Below are positions 25,175 to 39,978 of a DNA stretch of 64,000 nucleotides, piece after piece. Under the pieces are notes generated by a model that was not told the DNA's origin, did no database searches, and saw nothing but the letters and a program-made list of their open reading frames with translations. The stretch's first letter is position 1. Each line of letters begins with the position of its first letter. The stretch comes from Monocercomonoides exilis PA203 (lineage: Eukaryota; Protista; Preaxostyla). The DNA lies in contig LSRY02000035.1 in NCBI GenBank assembly GCA_001643675.2, forward strand, positions 62,001 through 126,000, given 5' to 3'. A program made the position numbers and the translations under genes.

Positions 25175-25621
25175 ATATTATTGTGTCAATAACATTATGT
25201 CATTTATAATTCTCTGTTTCGAAAATTCTGTTGAACAACTTTTTTCATATATTCGTTTTGCCCATCAGGAAGCTTTGATATTTGTTAATAATGAAGAAAC
25301 AAAAAGAAAGATAATTCATGATCAGTAATACCATAATAATATTGAATAAATCATTTGATAATTAATTACGAGATTTGGGCTAAATTAAAAACGATTCATG
25401 ATAATTTCTCGGTAATGAATATAAATTTTGATGAGGATTTATATGAGAAGATTAAAGTGCGCATGAACTTGTATTTTATTTGCTTTTTGAGAATATTATT
25501 ATTTCTATTTTAAGTCTCCAAAAGATGCAGATGAGGTTATCAAAATGTTACATGTGATGAGGTTTGAAGTGGTAAAATCAGAATTTTTTTGCTTTAGATA
25601 TTTCGTTTTTTTTTTAAAATT

Positions 25622-28600
25622 TTGAGTGATGCTATAATAGAACAACTTAAAGAAGGAAATGCTGCTGCAGAGGATTTATTTGAAAAACTAGAATATCTGG
25701 CAGGCGAATGGTCAGAAGGTAAGTGCGTTTGCTTGGAGATGTCATCCTTGCTTTTTGAAGTTGCTCGCGAAGCAAATGAAGTGGAATTTTTTATAAAAGT
25801 ATTGAAGTGTTATGACCTGATACTTGGAAGTCAAGAAGTGGATATTTTTGTTAAAGCAGAAGAATCCATTGAATTAGCATGTTTGTTGGTTTTTTGTTTT
25901 GACATTGAATGATGAGTTTCTTTTTTCTGAAATTTTTTCTTTTTTCCTTTCCCAAAGTTAATATAATCCAAAAAGGAAATGATCAAGGAGATTTTGAATT
26001 TCTAAGTTATGCGTTATCTATAAGCTTAAAGATATGTAGGTTTGTAAATTATTCGTGATTTTTTTTAATTCGTTTATGTTTTTTTTCAATATCACTTTGT
26101 GATTATTCTTTTTGAAGACTATCAGACAATGATGAGATTATTAAAAGAGCAATAAATATTATTTATCAACTGATTGATGGAAATGACCGATTTTTGTGTC
26201 GAAAAGGGAACGACATTGTTGAAGGAATGGCTATGCTCATCGAGGAAAAGTGTCTTTCAGTGCAGTACGCTCTACTTCTGTCATCTGTGATGGAAGTGAT
26301 GCTGAGCGAGAAATCTGGAGTGTGCAGAGAGATGATTATAGGGAGCGAATTGGGAGGATTGCTTTTGAAAGAAATTGAGAAGGATGGCTTGTCAAAAGAG
26401 AGTGGCAGGATTCGTCTGAAGCTGGTGTTGTTGTCTCTGGTTGATGGAATTGCAGAGTTACAAGACAAAAACGAGATGGCCGTTGTGAAGAAAAGAGAAC
26501 AGGAAGAGAAACTATTTGAGATGCGAAATGAAGATTTCGGAACTGTAGAACATTTGGAAGAAGATGTGAAGGATAAAAGAACAATTGGCAGATCACAAAC
26601 GCCTCCACCGTCAAATAAAGTTGTCTCAAAGCCAAAAAGGAACAAAGGCAAATCATCGAAGCCAAAGAACAAGAAAAGTCCTTCTCCTCCTGTCACCCCT
26701 CCAATAACTCCTCCAATGACTCCGCCAGCATCACCTCCACTGGCATCTCCATTCACTCCGCCGATGACTCCACCAACTTCTTCTTCTCGCTCAAAAAGGA
26801 ATTCACCTCCTCTGTCACCTCCACAGAAAGCGAAAATGAATGCTAATGAGAATAAAACACATGAATTTGCAGAAGAAATCTCAAATGCAGATGATATGAA
26901 AGCTGATGTTGCAGCAGAAGGCAAAAAAGAAACTGAACCAGAAGGTGCAGATGACTCAGCGAATGAAGGGCGCATTGTGACAATTCTTCACATTAAGCTG
27001 CTTTTGAAGTGTGTTGAATGTTCAGACAATGAATTGAAAGCGAGGGCACTGCAGACGCTTCACAGAATTCTGTGTGGTGGTGCTGTTACCGAGCTGTTGG
27101 ATGAAGAAAAGAGAAGTGATGATGTCGAGTGTGTGATGGAGGAAGACAAATGGGCGGACGAAGAAGGAGAGGAAAAGAAATGTGCGTTTAGTAAATATCG
27201 TGAGAAGATGATTGAAGAGCTTCAAAAGGAGAAAAAGCGGCTTTTGCAGATTTTTGTGGATGCAAATGGATTTTCTGCTGTCAGAGCATTCATTGAAAAA
27301 GAGACAGAAATCAAAGAGACAGAAAATATGAAAGAAAAAAGAGAAAAGACTGAAATTGAATATTCAGAGATGAAAGCTGTTGACCCAACGAAAGAAAAGT
27401 TAGATGAAAGGAAAATCACAAATGAAAAAGATACTCAACCCTCGTTTTCATCATCTTCGCTATCATCGTCATCATCATCATCCTCCTCCTCATCTTCATC
27501 ATCATCTTCTTCTGTGTTCTCGCTTTTTCCTTCATCCTCTTCAATTGATTCACAAGCATTGCCTTCATCGTCTCAAGTTCGATCAGCAGTCCCTCCATCC
27601 GTCTCGTCTTCTTTCCTATTTCCCCCTTTGCTTCCTTCAGAACTCAAATCAAGCTGTTCCTTTTCAAAGACATCACTCTCTTCGTTGAGTGCATCTGTGT
27701 CTTTTGGATTGTGCGCAGACAGTTTTCTGCTGTCGTCGCTGGAGATGTGCAATGAGATTCTGTTTTCAGCACTGGAATGGATCAAACAGAAAGACGAATG
27801 CAGTTATGTGTTGGAGCAGTTTAACACGATGCTGAAAAGAAACGAAAGCAGAAGTTTTGAGGAACGAATGGTTGGAGTTGTTGAAAAAACAGTATTGGCA
27901 CAAGGTTTGTAAAACTCTCTTCAAATGTCTTTTAAAAGCTGTGTATTTTTAATTTGTTCGATTTTCTATTCCTTTTTTTTCACACACTTTTGTCTATTTT
28001 TCATTTTTGATTTGTTTTAACAACTATTAAACTTGCTGTGTTTCTGTGCCAATGCCCTGAACTTTGTCTAGAAACAGCTCAACAAAATGAGGATGGGCCA
28101 AACTGGATTGGAGGATTTATTGAAGCATTGAAAGAAATGAATGTGAAAGAAGATGCCTGTGTAATGACAAATTGCTTGTTATTGGTGAAGAATCTTGTTC
28201 AACTTCTTAAAAAACGAAATGCTAGTGAATGTGGCGCGAAACAGCACTTGTTACTGTCTGCTTCTTCTTTTTCCTCCTCCTCTGCTGCTGCTGCTGATAA
28301 TCTTATTCTTCAAAACAGCCAGCAAACCAGCATTGAAAGCAACGAGCAGTCAAGTATTCCTGTAATCATTCTGTTGGAAACCCCTTCAAGTGCATCTTCT
28401 TCATCTTCATCTTCTTCATCTCAATTGCAAATTTCATCCGCTTCTTCAACTAATCATCCGCTGTCTGGTGAAAAGCGCCTTTCATGTTTAATGAAGCTTT
28501 TGAATGAATGCGGATTTTTGAATCTTTGCAAGAATTGCTGTGATGTCATCCTTTCTGGAAAATTATTCGTTGGGCTTGCAAAAGACAATCAAAAGGATCA

Positions 28601-31179
28601 AAGTTGTTTGTCTTCAAGTGATGCGGATGGGGCAGATATAATGCCAAACTCACTGGAGAATGAATCAAGCAACATGGTTGGCGTTTCTGAAATGAAATTA
28701 ATAATTGAAGTTGCTGATGTTTTGAATGAGTTGTTGCAGTTTGATTGCAAGCAAATGGCAAATATGGAACAAGTTGGCTTGACAAAGGCAATATTTGATT
28801 TGTTCGACGAACTGAAGAATGAATTGAAGTGCAATCAAGAAGATGCAAAAGATGAGGAAAGGGATGAAAAAGTGAACAGTTCAGAAAAAGAAGAGCTGAA
28901 AGTTGAAATTGAAAGAAATGAAAATCTGAAATGCATGAAGAAGAGCATTCAACGAAAGGCATTTTCAGTGATGTTGCCTCTGATTGGGGAAATGATGAAA
29001 ATAGATGCAAAGCAGGTCAGCCATTTCAGTGTGGAGAATGAAGTGAAAGCGATCTCAAGTGAATTGGAAAAGGAGAACATTAATGATGATGTTATGCTTT
29101 GCTCATTTGGTGTGGTTAATGCAATGCTGAAAAGCAGCAATCGTTCTGAAGTGGGGAAAGAAGTGGTGCAGAAGAGAGGATTGCACATGTTCATTGAATG
29201 GGTTGGAGTGAAAAAGGAGAATGAGATGAGCAGTATGGAAGGCAGACTATTTGACGAGATCATGAAAGGGACAATAGCCTTGTTGAAGAAAGAGAAGAGT
29301 AACAATGCGAACAAGAAAGTGCGGAGGCTGTTTCTTCTGCGCTCTGTGAAGGGAATAACAGCGAAGACTTGCAGTGTATTGATCGATATCGCGAAGAATA
29401 TGAGCGAAGAGATTGGGGCTGGAAATGTGGCAGAACAGAGAAAAGTTGTTGGACTAGTGATTGCTGTGGCAAGAGCAGTTCCGAGCGAGAAAGCGAAGTG
29501 TGACAGTGTTGTGATTGGCATTTTGGATTGGCTGCAGAAGGCGCATGCAGATGGGTTCAATATCATTTTCAAGCAATTCCTGAATTCGATCCCTGGACTC
29601 AGAGAGATTGTAGTGGCTGAACCTTATTTGGGGAAGGTAATGACTTGGCTGAAGGAAGGGATTACAGAGAATATCTCAACATGCTATGAAAATATCAATG
29701 CGATTTCTGCGATGATCAATGTTGCAGCTGATGATAGGGATTTGGTTGATTATTTGATGGTGCCTTCTTTTTTGAGCAAATTGAAGCTTTTCTCATTTTC
29801 TGCCATTTCCAAAATGGCAATGCTGACAAGTGCAAGAAAAAAAGAACTCATTGATTCGATTTGCCACATCCTCAGAGAAATCTTATATGATGGATTGTAT
29901 TATCGCTACAATACTATAAAAAATTATAATACTAAAGAGTTGAATGAAATTGGTTTCTTTGAAGAAGATATAAAAAGTCACGATTGTGTATGTGCAGAAA
30001 TGTTGTGCACTGACTGCAATGTTTTGTGTGAAAGAAGCGAGTCTGTGATATATTCATGGATTAGCAATTGTGTAAATGCAAGAGAAAAATGTGATATGGA
30101 GTTATTTGTGCTTAATGTTGCTGCATTTGCTTGTATGATGGACAAAGGTGTGGATTAGAAATATATGTATATTTTTATAAGAGAAATGATAATAATTTAT
30201 GATTATGGGAAATGGCATGTATATGATATAATATTTGCAATTGCAAAACTTGCATGCGATAAAATAAGATATTTTTTGCAATGTTCATGGACATGTTGAT
30301 TCCTTTTTTCATTTTCCTGAATTCTTCGTTTTGAAATTTGAATTTTTCATTTTAATCAATGTCATACTTTATTGCTCCTTTTTTTTTCAATTGATAATTT
30401 ATAATCTTAATTTTCATTCAGTAATAATTCCCGACAAAACAGCGGACTATGAATTATGGAGAATTAATCGTTGGGATCATCAGACTCAATCATTTGACTC
30501 CACAGCTGTGCTTTTGTTTTCCTTTCTCCAAAGTTTCGATCCAGCCACTCAGTCACACACCGTTACTAGGTCTTATTTCTTTCTGCTCCAGGGTCTGCTA
30601 AAATTCGTTGAGAGGAACAAAGAGCTCTGCACATTTATGTCGCAGCACCTGATGAAACTGTATCCTCTGAGAATGAAACTAAATAATGAATTGTGCAACA
30701 TGTATTCGATGTTGTGCTTCCAGTTCCTGATGAACAGAGGATTTAATGCTGAAACGGATGAAAATGTTGCGATTTTGAATGAGGGAATGCTTCTTCCAAC
30801 TGTTCTAAGAAATTACTCTTGGTATTCGTGTGCCTCTCACCTGTTATTCTCCAACATTTCTCCTTATCGCGAGAGGTACAATTTTGATGATGCTTATTGT
30901 GCGTCTCCACAATTTATAGAGTTGATTATTAATGTTATCATGGATTCTGCATCTGATATTTTAGCTTATAATGCTTATGTTGAGCTAATAAAAGGAATGA
31001 AAAATAGTGATTATTATTTACTGCTTGTAAAGAATGGCGAAGAAGTTGGCTTAAATGATGCAGTTGTTGCTTTCAAAGTGTGTTTTCACCTTCAACCTGC
31101 AGAAACAGATTATTTCAATTTGCTCTACTTCAATTCAGAATTGTACGTCAAATATTTTCCTAGATTTTCTTTCGCTTGA
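25622..31179 (+). CDS. Large multi-exon hypothetical alpha-helical (ARM/HEAT-like) protein
   Basis: Long ORFs 26194-27912, 28038-30158 and ~30421-31179 are separated by AT-rich GT..AG intron-like gaps. The protein is Leu/Glu/Cys-rich and helical with a PP(M/I)TPP repeat. The start is uncertain. Confidence 0.6.
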
Positions 31180-31785
31180 TATTTCAATGAACACTGTTAA
31201 TCACTTTTTATTTGAGAAATCAGAATTTACAATTTATGATAATGTACTGAAAATACTATGTTTTGTGATCTGTTTGTTTATATGTTTTGATTTTATTTTT
31301 AATGTTATTTTTTTAACCTTTCTTCTTTGTTAAAATTCGAACAAATTTTAACATAATAAGCTGAGATTTAAATTAAATTTTTTATAAAAGTATTGTTTCT
31401 GGTTCAGTGTTTTAAATATCAAACTCATTTTGGAATATTTTTTTAACAAATTTATTTTTTTGAAGGAATAATTATTTTCTCGCATTTCTTCAATAAATAG
31501 ATGTGCGAAAGTCATTTTCAGGTCTTATTACTTTTCTAATTTCTTCAAAAAAACTAAAATAATAAATGAAATGAAAAAATACAATTGAAACAGTCTTAAA
31601 TATCTCGAATATTATGTTTGAATACACTTTGTGCAAAACTTTCTAACGTAATTCTGATTTCATAATTTTCACTGTTGAAAATGCTTCGCTCGGCACTTGT
31701 AAATTAAACATTATTGTCATCATCATAAATAATAGTTCATTTCGGCTGGTAATTTAAAGGAACTGGATGAAAATAAATTGTGGAT

Positions 31786-32625
31786 TTATGCATGAAGCTT
31801 TTGAAGCAAAAACATCATGTTTTCAACCAAAGTTTTTGATGTCGATGCCCAGTCTTCATCTTTCTTTATTGCAGAGGCGCTTGAACCGAATGCTTCACAC
31901 CTTTAATAAATAATATAAACAGAAATAATTCTCTTTAAAACTTTTAAAAATGATATTTGTATACCATGAAGCAGAGCTTACGATATGGATGCCATTTACA
32001 GCAAAAAATTGATGAATTTGATTAAATGCACCCATTGTTCCACTGCCCATAGCTGTAACGAGAGCAATTCCAATTTTGTTTTTAAGAGGATCTCCATCCA
32101 CACTAGACATCCATCCGCATCTATCTATTAACGATTTCATTTCTGTGCTAACGCCTGCACAGTGAGTTGGAGAAGCTATGACAAGAATTTTCATATGCTC
32201 ATTCAAGAAAAAAAAGTTCATACCAAGAACTATCACATCTGCTTCTTTCATTTTTGCATACCACGAATCAATCGGATCACCTTCTTTTGCCCTAGCGCAA
32301 TGTCCTGTCCCAGAGCATTTGTTGCATCCATCACAACCTCGAACGCAAGATGCTGAAAAATTCCATTCAAAATAAAATTTTGAGTAAAATGAACAAATAT
32401 TTCAGCAGTACCTGTTCCAACCATTATCATTTCGCATTGTACATTTTCCTTTTTAAGATCATTAAACAGCATTTCAATCATCGCAGTTGTGCTTCCTTCG
32501 GGATTTGGACTGTGTAAAATTGCAAATTTTTGTCATAAGCTTCGTGATTACATTATATCAAACGAGATTATAAAACCATACCTTCCATTAAAAGCAATAA
32601 CTTTATATGAATGACCAGATGACAT
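31786..32625 (-). CDS. Iron-sulfur flavoprotein (Isf) / NADPH-dependent FMN reductase family, 5 exons
   Basis: Spliced product reads KVIAFNG-SPNPEGSTT, CDGCNKCSGTGHC (CX2CX2CX5C), ADVIVLASPTH...MKSLIDR, LKNKIG, and ends LVENMMFLLQKLHA*. Confidence 0.85.
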
Positions 32626-33080
32626 TTTTGTTTCCACAACAATATGAAAAGAAATCTTTTGTAACCATAAATATTTACCTCGGAGAAATTCAAATTTCAA
32701 AAATTACGAATTCGTTAATATGTTATTCAAGAGATAATTTTTTATTTGTAAAACCAATCATTTGAAGAATACAAAGTTTTCAAATTAAAAATAAAAAATA
32801 GCTTTATCAAATTTTATTTTTTATTTTATTTTTTATTTTTTGTGTTTATTTTTTTTATTAGAAAAAATCTTTTTTGTTTTGAGAAAAAGTTTTTGTTCGG
32901 AAAATCAATATTTCATGATTCATCTTCAAAATGCATTTTTTGTTTTATGTTAACGAAGAAGTTTTCAAAACATTTTGATTTGATTTCAATGATTGCTATT
33001 TGCAGAAATGAAAATTCAATTTATAATGGAATCTGAGTTAGATTAATTAAGTTCAAAGTGGTACTAAATTTTCATCCACT

Positions 33081-33317
33081 TGTCTTAATTTTTTTTGAAA
33101 GTTCCTTTTGTTTAATTTTCAAATAAAATAAAAATTTCGTATTTCGATCAAATTTTTGTTCTCACTCACAAAATTTTTCTGCAATGAAAACAAAATCTTG
33201 ACAATGTTATTATTTCCATTTTTGTGAAATTTGTGAGTGGGAACAAATATTAGATCGAAATATGAATTTTTTTTTTTTTGAAAATTAAACAAAACAAACT
33301 TTTTCAAAAAAAAAAAA
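33081..33317. mobile_element. MITE-like family A copy
   Basis: TTTTTTGAAAGTTCCTTTTGTTTAATTTTC...GAAAATTAAACAAAA..ACTTTTTCAAAAA inverted ends; homologous to 62821-63068. Confidence 0.75.
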
Positions 33318-33735
33318 ATTGATTCTTTGCAAAAAAAGATTGAAAGTCCTTAATTTACACAAAATATTCAAATTGAAAAAAATGATCGTGAAAACGTGAG
33401 TCAAAAATAAACGTATATATTTCTCAACGAAAATGAAAAAACAGTTTTGAGATTAAAAATTTCCACACTTTTCCTTTATCAAATAATCAATTTCGTGAGG
33501 TTTCAGGTCAATTTCAGAATGGCATACTTTGATCAAATTTCAGTTCCATCAAACAAAGATATGCAGCAATGTGAAAATTTTAATCTCAATGCTAAATCGA
33601 AAAATTACAATCTCAATTCCCGTAAATTTTCTGCGATTTTTAACGGAAATGAGTCAGTAATAATATATTTCTATTTCTTCAAGAGGTTTTTTTTACATTA
33701 TTTCACAAAACATATTTTGTCATTTTTTTTTGCAA

Positions 33736-33990
33736 ATGGGTTATTATTTTTGAAATCATATTTTTTCTGTCAAAAATTTCGGTTGAAAATTTTCTTTTGT
33801 ATATCAACAAAAAAATACTGAAGAGTGAAAAGGCCTGTAAAAAACATCGACATTTTTATTAGAACTTAAACATTTGTATATAAAACAGTTGTGACAAATA
33901 CTCAAAAAGAAGACATTATCTCTTCCAAAAGACAAACAACGTTTGAAAAATCGTCACCCCGAAAAAAGTTATGATTTCAAAAATAATGTG
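33736..33990. mobile_element. MITE-like family B copy
   Basis: TGGGTTATTATTTTTGAAATCAT...ATGATTTCAAAAATAAT inverted ends ~255 bp apart. Confidence 0.65.
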
Positions 33991-34323
33991 CCAAATAAAA
34001 AATCATCTTTCGAAAATTTTCTTTTTGAAAAATTTTCAAAGATGTTTTCAAAGGTTCAAATAAGATTATTAAGACGAATTGAATATGTGGGTTATTATTT
34101 TTGAAATCATAACTTTTTAAGGGGTGTTGGTTTTTCAAAGATTGTTTGCAACTGAAAAGAGTTATTGCGTCTTAATGAAAAATTTCATCAAAACCATTTC
34201 AAAAACAAATGTTATAGCTGAAATAAAAAAAATCTCTTTAATCAGTGTTTTCACTTTTCAGTGTTCATTTTCTAGTATTCTGGGAAATTTTACGAATCGA
34301 AAATAATGAATAAAAAAATATGA

Positions 34324-34584
34324 TATGGGTGATTATTTTTCAAATCATAACTTTTTTCGATGTGTTTGTTTTTCAAAGGTTTTATTTCTTTTCAGAGGAA
34401 CTATTTATTTAAAAGAAAAAAGTGAGTGAGTTGAAAACAAAAACGATGTTTGTGATTTTATTCATGAAAAAATTATCTTTGAAAGAAGAAATGACTTTTT
34501 TGTGTTCATGAAATAATATTCAATGTGAATTTTCAAAACGAAATTTATGAATGGAAAAATATGGATTCGAAAATAATCACCCAT
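34324..34584. mobile_element. MITE-like family B copy (a partial copy also starts at ~34088)
   Basis: TATGGGTGATTATTTTTCAAATC...GATTCGAAAATAATCACCCATA. Confidence 0.65.
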
Positions 34585-34601
34585 AACAAAAATGATCACA
34601 C

Positions 34602-34604
<3 letters not shown>

Positions 34605-34668
<64 letters not shown>
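34605..34668 (+). repeat. Poly(A) run of ~64 nt
   Basis: Direct observation. Confidence 0.9.
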
Positions 34669-34673
<5 letters not shown>

Positions 34674-35190
34674 TTACACTCAAAATTTTATTATCTAAAA
34701 AAAAAAAAATAATCACAATAATTTGTTTTAATGTCTTATTTTTTATTGTTGAAAAATAGAAAATACAGATGATTAAAAAGAGGGGAAATCAAATTAAACA
34801 CACATATTGTTAGAAAATTCAAAAATGGAAAAAATTATATCATGAAATCGAATTGAAAATATGAACATCATAAATGTAATATCTCTCAGCAGTTGTATAA
34901 ATATATATTTGAAAAGGATACATAAGTGTAAAAGATTCATTAAGATTTGCATCAAACAATTTGAATTTTGTTTCACAGAAAAATCTTCAAATAAAAAAAA
35001 AAAGATAAATAATAAATAAATATTTTCGAAGTGAAAAAAAAATTTTTTTGTATTGAACTGAATTTTCATATCCTCAAACAATTATTTATGTTTTAATATT
35101 TTTTCCATTCAATTTTTTCCATGCATATCCTTTAACACTTAAATATCTTCATAAAAAATTTAGGGTAAGATCAAACGACAATTATCAAAA

Positions 35191-38143
35191 ATGCTTTTAG
35201 TAAGCATACTAATTGCTTTTTTGTATGCAGATGACGATGAATGTACATTCGAAGCATTTGAAATAGCAGATCACGAAAAGGTGTTAAAATGCCTTGAAAA
35301 ACTTCCAGTTTGAAAATTCGTTATGTCTTTGCTGATATTGATTTCTTTGAAATTTATTTTTTGTTAAATTCATTGTAATTTGTAAAATTTAGTATGATAA
35401 AAATTCTGATGAGACGAAAAATCTTATTCCGACAATGAAATCTTACTTTAGCGGCTATGTTTATCGAGACTTTTTTACTCATGCTCCAGAACCATATACA
35501 AACACAAGCTTTGATTTATTAAAGAAGCTTGATGAAATAGAAAAAAGGGATGATATAAAAAATGGTTTGGAATTTCACCAAGAACTTGCAAGTGCAGTTC
35601 GTCAGATGAGAGATGCTCATACAGTGTATCATTATCCGTGCAGTAATTTATTTTTATTTTCGTTGCCATTTAATGTCAAGTTTGTTGTTCCCGATGCTTC
35701 AAAGCCAAAAGACATTATTGTTAAATTGACTGATTCTAACTATCTACAGATAACAAAGCAATATTTGGATAAGGGAAATGCTGATCTTCGAGATTATGTT
35801 GTTGAACACATCACAATTCCCGGATTTAACACAGACGACGATGGACAGAAGCCTGAGCTGACAATTGCGGAATGGGCGGATGCGCATTGCATAAGCTATC
35901 GTTTTCCTGCTGCCTCACTGAACATTGCGCTTCGGCGAGATTTCCACATCCGCTCACCATCCTGGCACACCATCCCCAGGCCCGAAGAGAAGATCCGCTT
36001 TGATCTGAAGAAAGGGAACACGATTGTCAAAGCAGATCTGCCGTGGCTTGCAGTGCCTGTGGCATTTGTGAAAAACACTGAACACATGCTGAATGATCTG
36101 TGTGGGCTGAAGAAGGAGAAAGAAGAAAGAGAGAAAGCAGAAAAGACAAAAAGAGAAACAGAAGATGAGAGCAAAATGATAGACAAACAAGACAAACAAG
36201 ACGAACAAGACAGAAAAGAGAGAAAAGAGAGGAGGCGGAACGAGTTTACGAGCTGGCCGACTGACGAAGACATATCGCCCCAGCTGAAGAAGATGAACGA
36301 GCGATTCAACAAGCAAGAAAAGCCAGCAGACTCCAACAGAAAAGAAAGAGCATCGTCTTTTGAGGCAGCAATGGAGAATGAACGGAATGTAGAAGCAAAC
36401 ACAGAAGCAAACACACAGTCAAACGAACTTCCGAAGATGGAGAAGATCACAACTGGGACGAGCATCAAGGGGTTTATGGTGGATGAGTGGAAGATCGGGT
36501 ATCTGCATGTGTCGACGTTTATGCCCAACCCGGATGAAGAGCAGCAGTGGATAGCCGACTGTGCGAAGACGATTGTGGAGACGCACAGGAGAGGATACAA
36601 ACTGGTGGTGGACTTGAGGCTGAACGGAGGAGGGTCCATGCAGCTGAAGGTGTTTCTGATTAAGCTGATCTTCCCAGACGCTTACCCAGCAGCGATGCGC
36701 ATGCAGTCGATTATGAATGGGCCGAATTTCGTTTTTATATCGTCGTGGCTGGATCCAGACATCGCAGCGGAAGATGACAGCTTTGTGGCTGATTTCTACA
36801 CGCTGAAGAGGAAAGGGGTGATGCCGCTGGTGACAGAACACACGAAAGTCGAAGGGGAAGACAGGATTCAGACATACACGAGCGAATTCACTCTGTCATT
36901 TGACGAAGGGTTTTACAAGATGCAAGACAAATACGTTCCCCGGGAGCTTCAGAACAAAACGCTGTTTGAGCCGAACGATGTGACGCTGCTGACAGATGGG
37001 ACGTGTGCGTCTGCGTGTGCGATCTTTGCGAAGACGCTGAGGGAGCACAAATGGGCGAGGGTGGTTGGATTAGGGGGGCAGCTAACAAAAGAAGATATTC
37101 CGTTTGACTGCGGGACGGTGGCTTCGGGGAATGTGGTGACGTCGACAGCGGCGGAGGAAGGAGGAGAAGAGGAAGAGGAAGAAGAGGAGGAAGAAGAGGA
37201 GGAAAGAGAAGAAGAGAAAGGAAAATTCTGGAGAATGTTTGGAGGGTTACAAGGGAAGAGAAGTCTGAAGGGAAAAAACATCAAAAATATCAAACAATTA
37301 TTACTCAATAACACACATTCTTCTTCTTCTTCTTCTTCTTCTTCTTCTTCTTCATTAAATTCTTCCTCTTCCTCTTCTTCTTTTTCCTCTTCTTCTCCTC
37401 TCCCCAATGATCTTGAGCTTCCCCTCCCCTTTCCCCGCGAATCTCAATATCTTTCCTATGTGATGACACGCGCCTTCTCCTACAACTACGCCAAATTGAA
37501 TGAGCTGCTCGAGTTTGAGATCCAGCCAGTGGATGCAGTTTATCCGCATTACCCGCAGATGCATGAAGAATACGCAGATGACAAGGAATACACGGGGTAT
37601 AGGCAGCTGCTGAGCGATGTGAGGCCGCTGGTGGAGAGGTGCTATGATTGGGAGGTGAAGGTGGATGCGAAATGCGAGGGAAAGAGGAAGGAGAAGGAGA
37701 AGAAGGAGAAAGAGAAAGAGAAAGAGAAGAATAAAGAAGAAAGAAAAGGGTTGAATGGAACAATAATTTCAAAAAAAGAAGAAGAAAAAGATGAAAAAGA
37801 TGATCAAACACACGAATTATGGGGATACGTTTGCCGGAATGGCGCTTGGACCGAAGAATGTGCGTTTGCCCGCTGTGAATATGGGTATTTCCGGACGAAA
37901 GAGGGAAAATGTGCAAAATCTCCTGTTGTGCCACGAAAAACAGCGAAACCAGAGAAGAAGAAAGAGGAAGGGTATGTGACACCTCTGAAGTCTATTGTGA
38001 ACATGGTGATTGTTGTGATGGTGAGTGTGTTGGCGGCGGGGCTGATCGTGCTGCTCTTCTACTGCCTGTGCAGGAACACGAACGTAGTCAAGGCAGGAGA
38101 AGGCGATCCTCTTCTCTCTGGGTCGTTCATAAAGCAGAGTTAA
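35191..38143 (+). CDS. Peptidase S41-family protease, type I membrane protein
   Basis: Signal peptide MLLVSILIAFLYA and intron 35308-35392. Motifs MRDAHT, LVVDLRLNGGG and LLTDGTCASACAIF. A Cys-rich juxtamembrane region precedes a C-terminal TM helix (VIVVMVSVLAAGLIVLLFYCLC). Confidence 0.85.
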
Positions 38144-38440
38144 GTCTTATTACAAATTTTATTTGTGAACTAAATACTTCGAGATTTGTCATAATGGGAG
38201 GCAACATATTTTTATTGTCTTTCGGAATGACTTTTTTAATTATTATGATTTGAATTCTAATAATTAATTTAGGAGTGTTATTTATTTTTGTTTTGTTATT
38301 GATTATTTCAATAATTTTTTGATCTAACCTAAATAAAATTACAAAACAATTTATCATTTTATTTCACATGTAACTTAGTATACAGTCAAAATAATAAAAA
38401 TTAAACAATTTTCCGATAACTTCAAGATAACTTTTCCGTA

Positions 38441-39944
38441 ATGCACAAGATGCTATTCTTATTTGCAATTGTTGTATGATGTTTTATCAGTTTTTAAATC
38501 AAAAATCTTGATTTTCTTTAAAGACGTTTTCTTCATCCCAATTTGGAGATTTTGATGCGTACCTTTCCATGATTGATCCAAATTCTTTCCCTCCTCAACC
38601 AACGGTTTGATTCAGTTTTCAACTTTTTTGCACTTTTATTTTTTTTCACAGAGAAAACTGGAACAAAAAATGATTGAACGTTCACCTTTTCAGTTTGAGG
38701 AGGAACGCATGCATCAAACGAGACTCCCTTTTGGTCTTGATAGAGAATTTAACAAAATTGATTGGTCTATGGATCCATCTTTTACTGATTCCGTAAGAGA
38801 AGTATGCTATTGTCAACAAATTCAAGTTTCATTGAATGACTTTTATTGTTTTTAGTCAATGGAGGAAGTTCACGAGGCTGAGAAAGACCCTGTTCCTCCA
38901 CCTCCTCCACCACCTCAAAGAGTATCTCCATTTATGCGAGCCATTTCACAGACATCATCACCTTTAATAGCTTCTCTGGAAGATAAGAGCTCAACAGATG
39001 AGCAATCGAAGAATGAGAAAGTTAAATCTGTTGAGGAACACGCTTCAAGCAATGAGGAGGAGGAAGAAGAGGAAGAAAAAGAAGAAGAGAATGATGATAT
39101 AAAAGAGAAAGGAGATATTCTTATTGGGTTTTCTGTGAGTTATGATCAGAGTGACGCGAAAACGTTGGATTTCATCAAACAGAACTTGCAATCCAACACA
39201 AAAGCAAATAAAAAGACTGATGAAAACGAAAAGAAAGAGAAAGAATCTATTCCAGTTGCTTCAAAAGATGAAGAAGCAGAAACAGAAGAAGAGGAAGAGG
39301 AAGAAGAAGAAGATAATGATAATGATGATGAAGAGGAGGAAGAGGAGGAAGAGGAAGAAGAAGAGGATGAATACGATAACAATGAAAAAAGGAGGAAAAG
39401 AAGAAGAAGAAGAAGACAACGAAGAATAGCTCATTCTGAATATCCCGACGATCCGGTTCCCTTATTTCAGAAGCATCGGAGGAGTTTGTCCGGCAAAAGG
39501 GGAGCGAAAGGGAAGATGCGAGTGGAAGAGACGAGTGTGAATGTGAAGAGGGTTGTGGTTGAGCTGGAAGGAGGAGAGAGAGAGGCAGAACTGATACAGC
39601 ACGGAAAGACGATGATGATGAACAAGGGAGGGGAGAAGGAGAAGAAGGGAAAGAAGGGAAAGGAAGAGAAGAAAAGAGAAGAAAGGGAAAGAGAAAGAGA
39701 AGGAAAAGAAGAGAAGAAGAAGAGAAAAGAAGAAGAATCAGCAAAACTGATTTACTGCAGAACAAACAAGGATTGTCCGAATGTTCCAGGCGGAGCACGA
39801 TTTTTCTGCAGAAAAGAAGGAAAGGACGTTTGCAGTGCTTATTCGATTGGAGTGTGTGAAGTTCAACCAATGAAAATGCTGTGTGAGCGATTGCCAAAGG
39901 CTACAGTGGTTTGTTTTCTGTGAAATGTTAAATAAAAATATTTG

Positions 39945-39978
<34 letters not shown>

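Noticed and set aside
33081-34584. CRISPR-like array
   Set aside because: The repeats are inverted, degenerate and ~250 bp apart in a eukaryotic context with no cas genes. MITEs explain them better.
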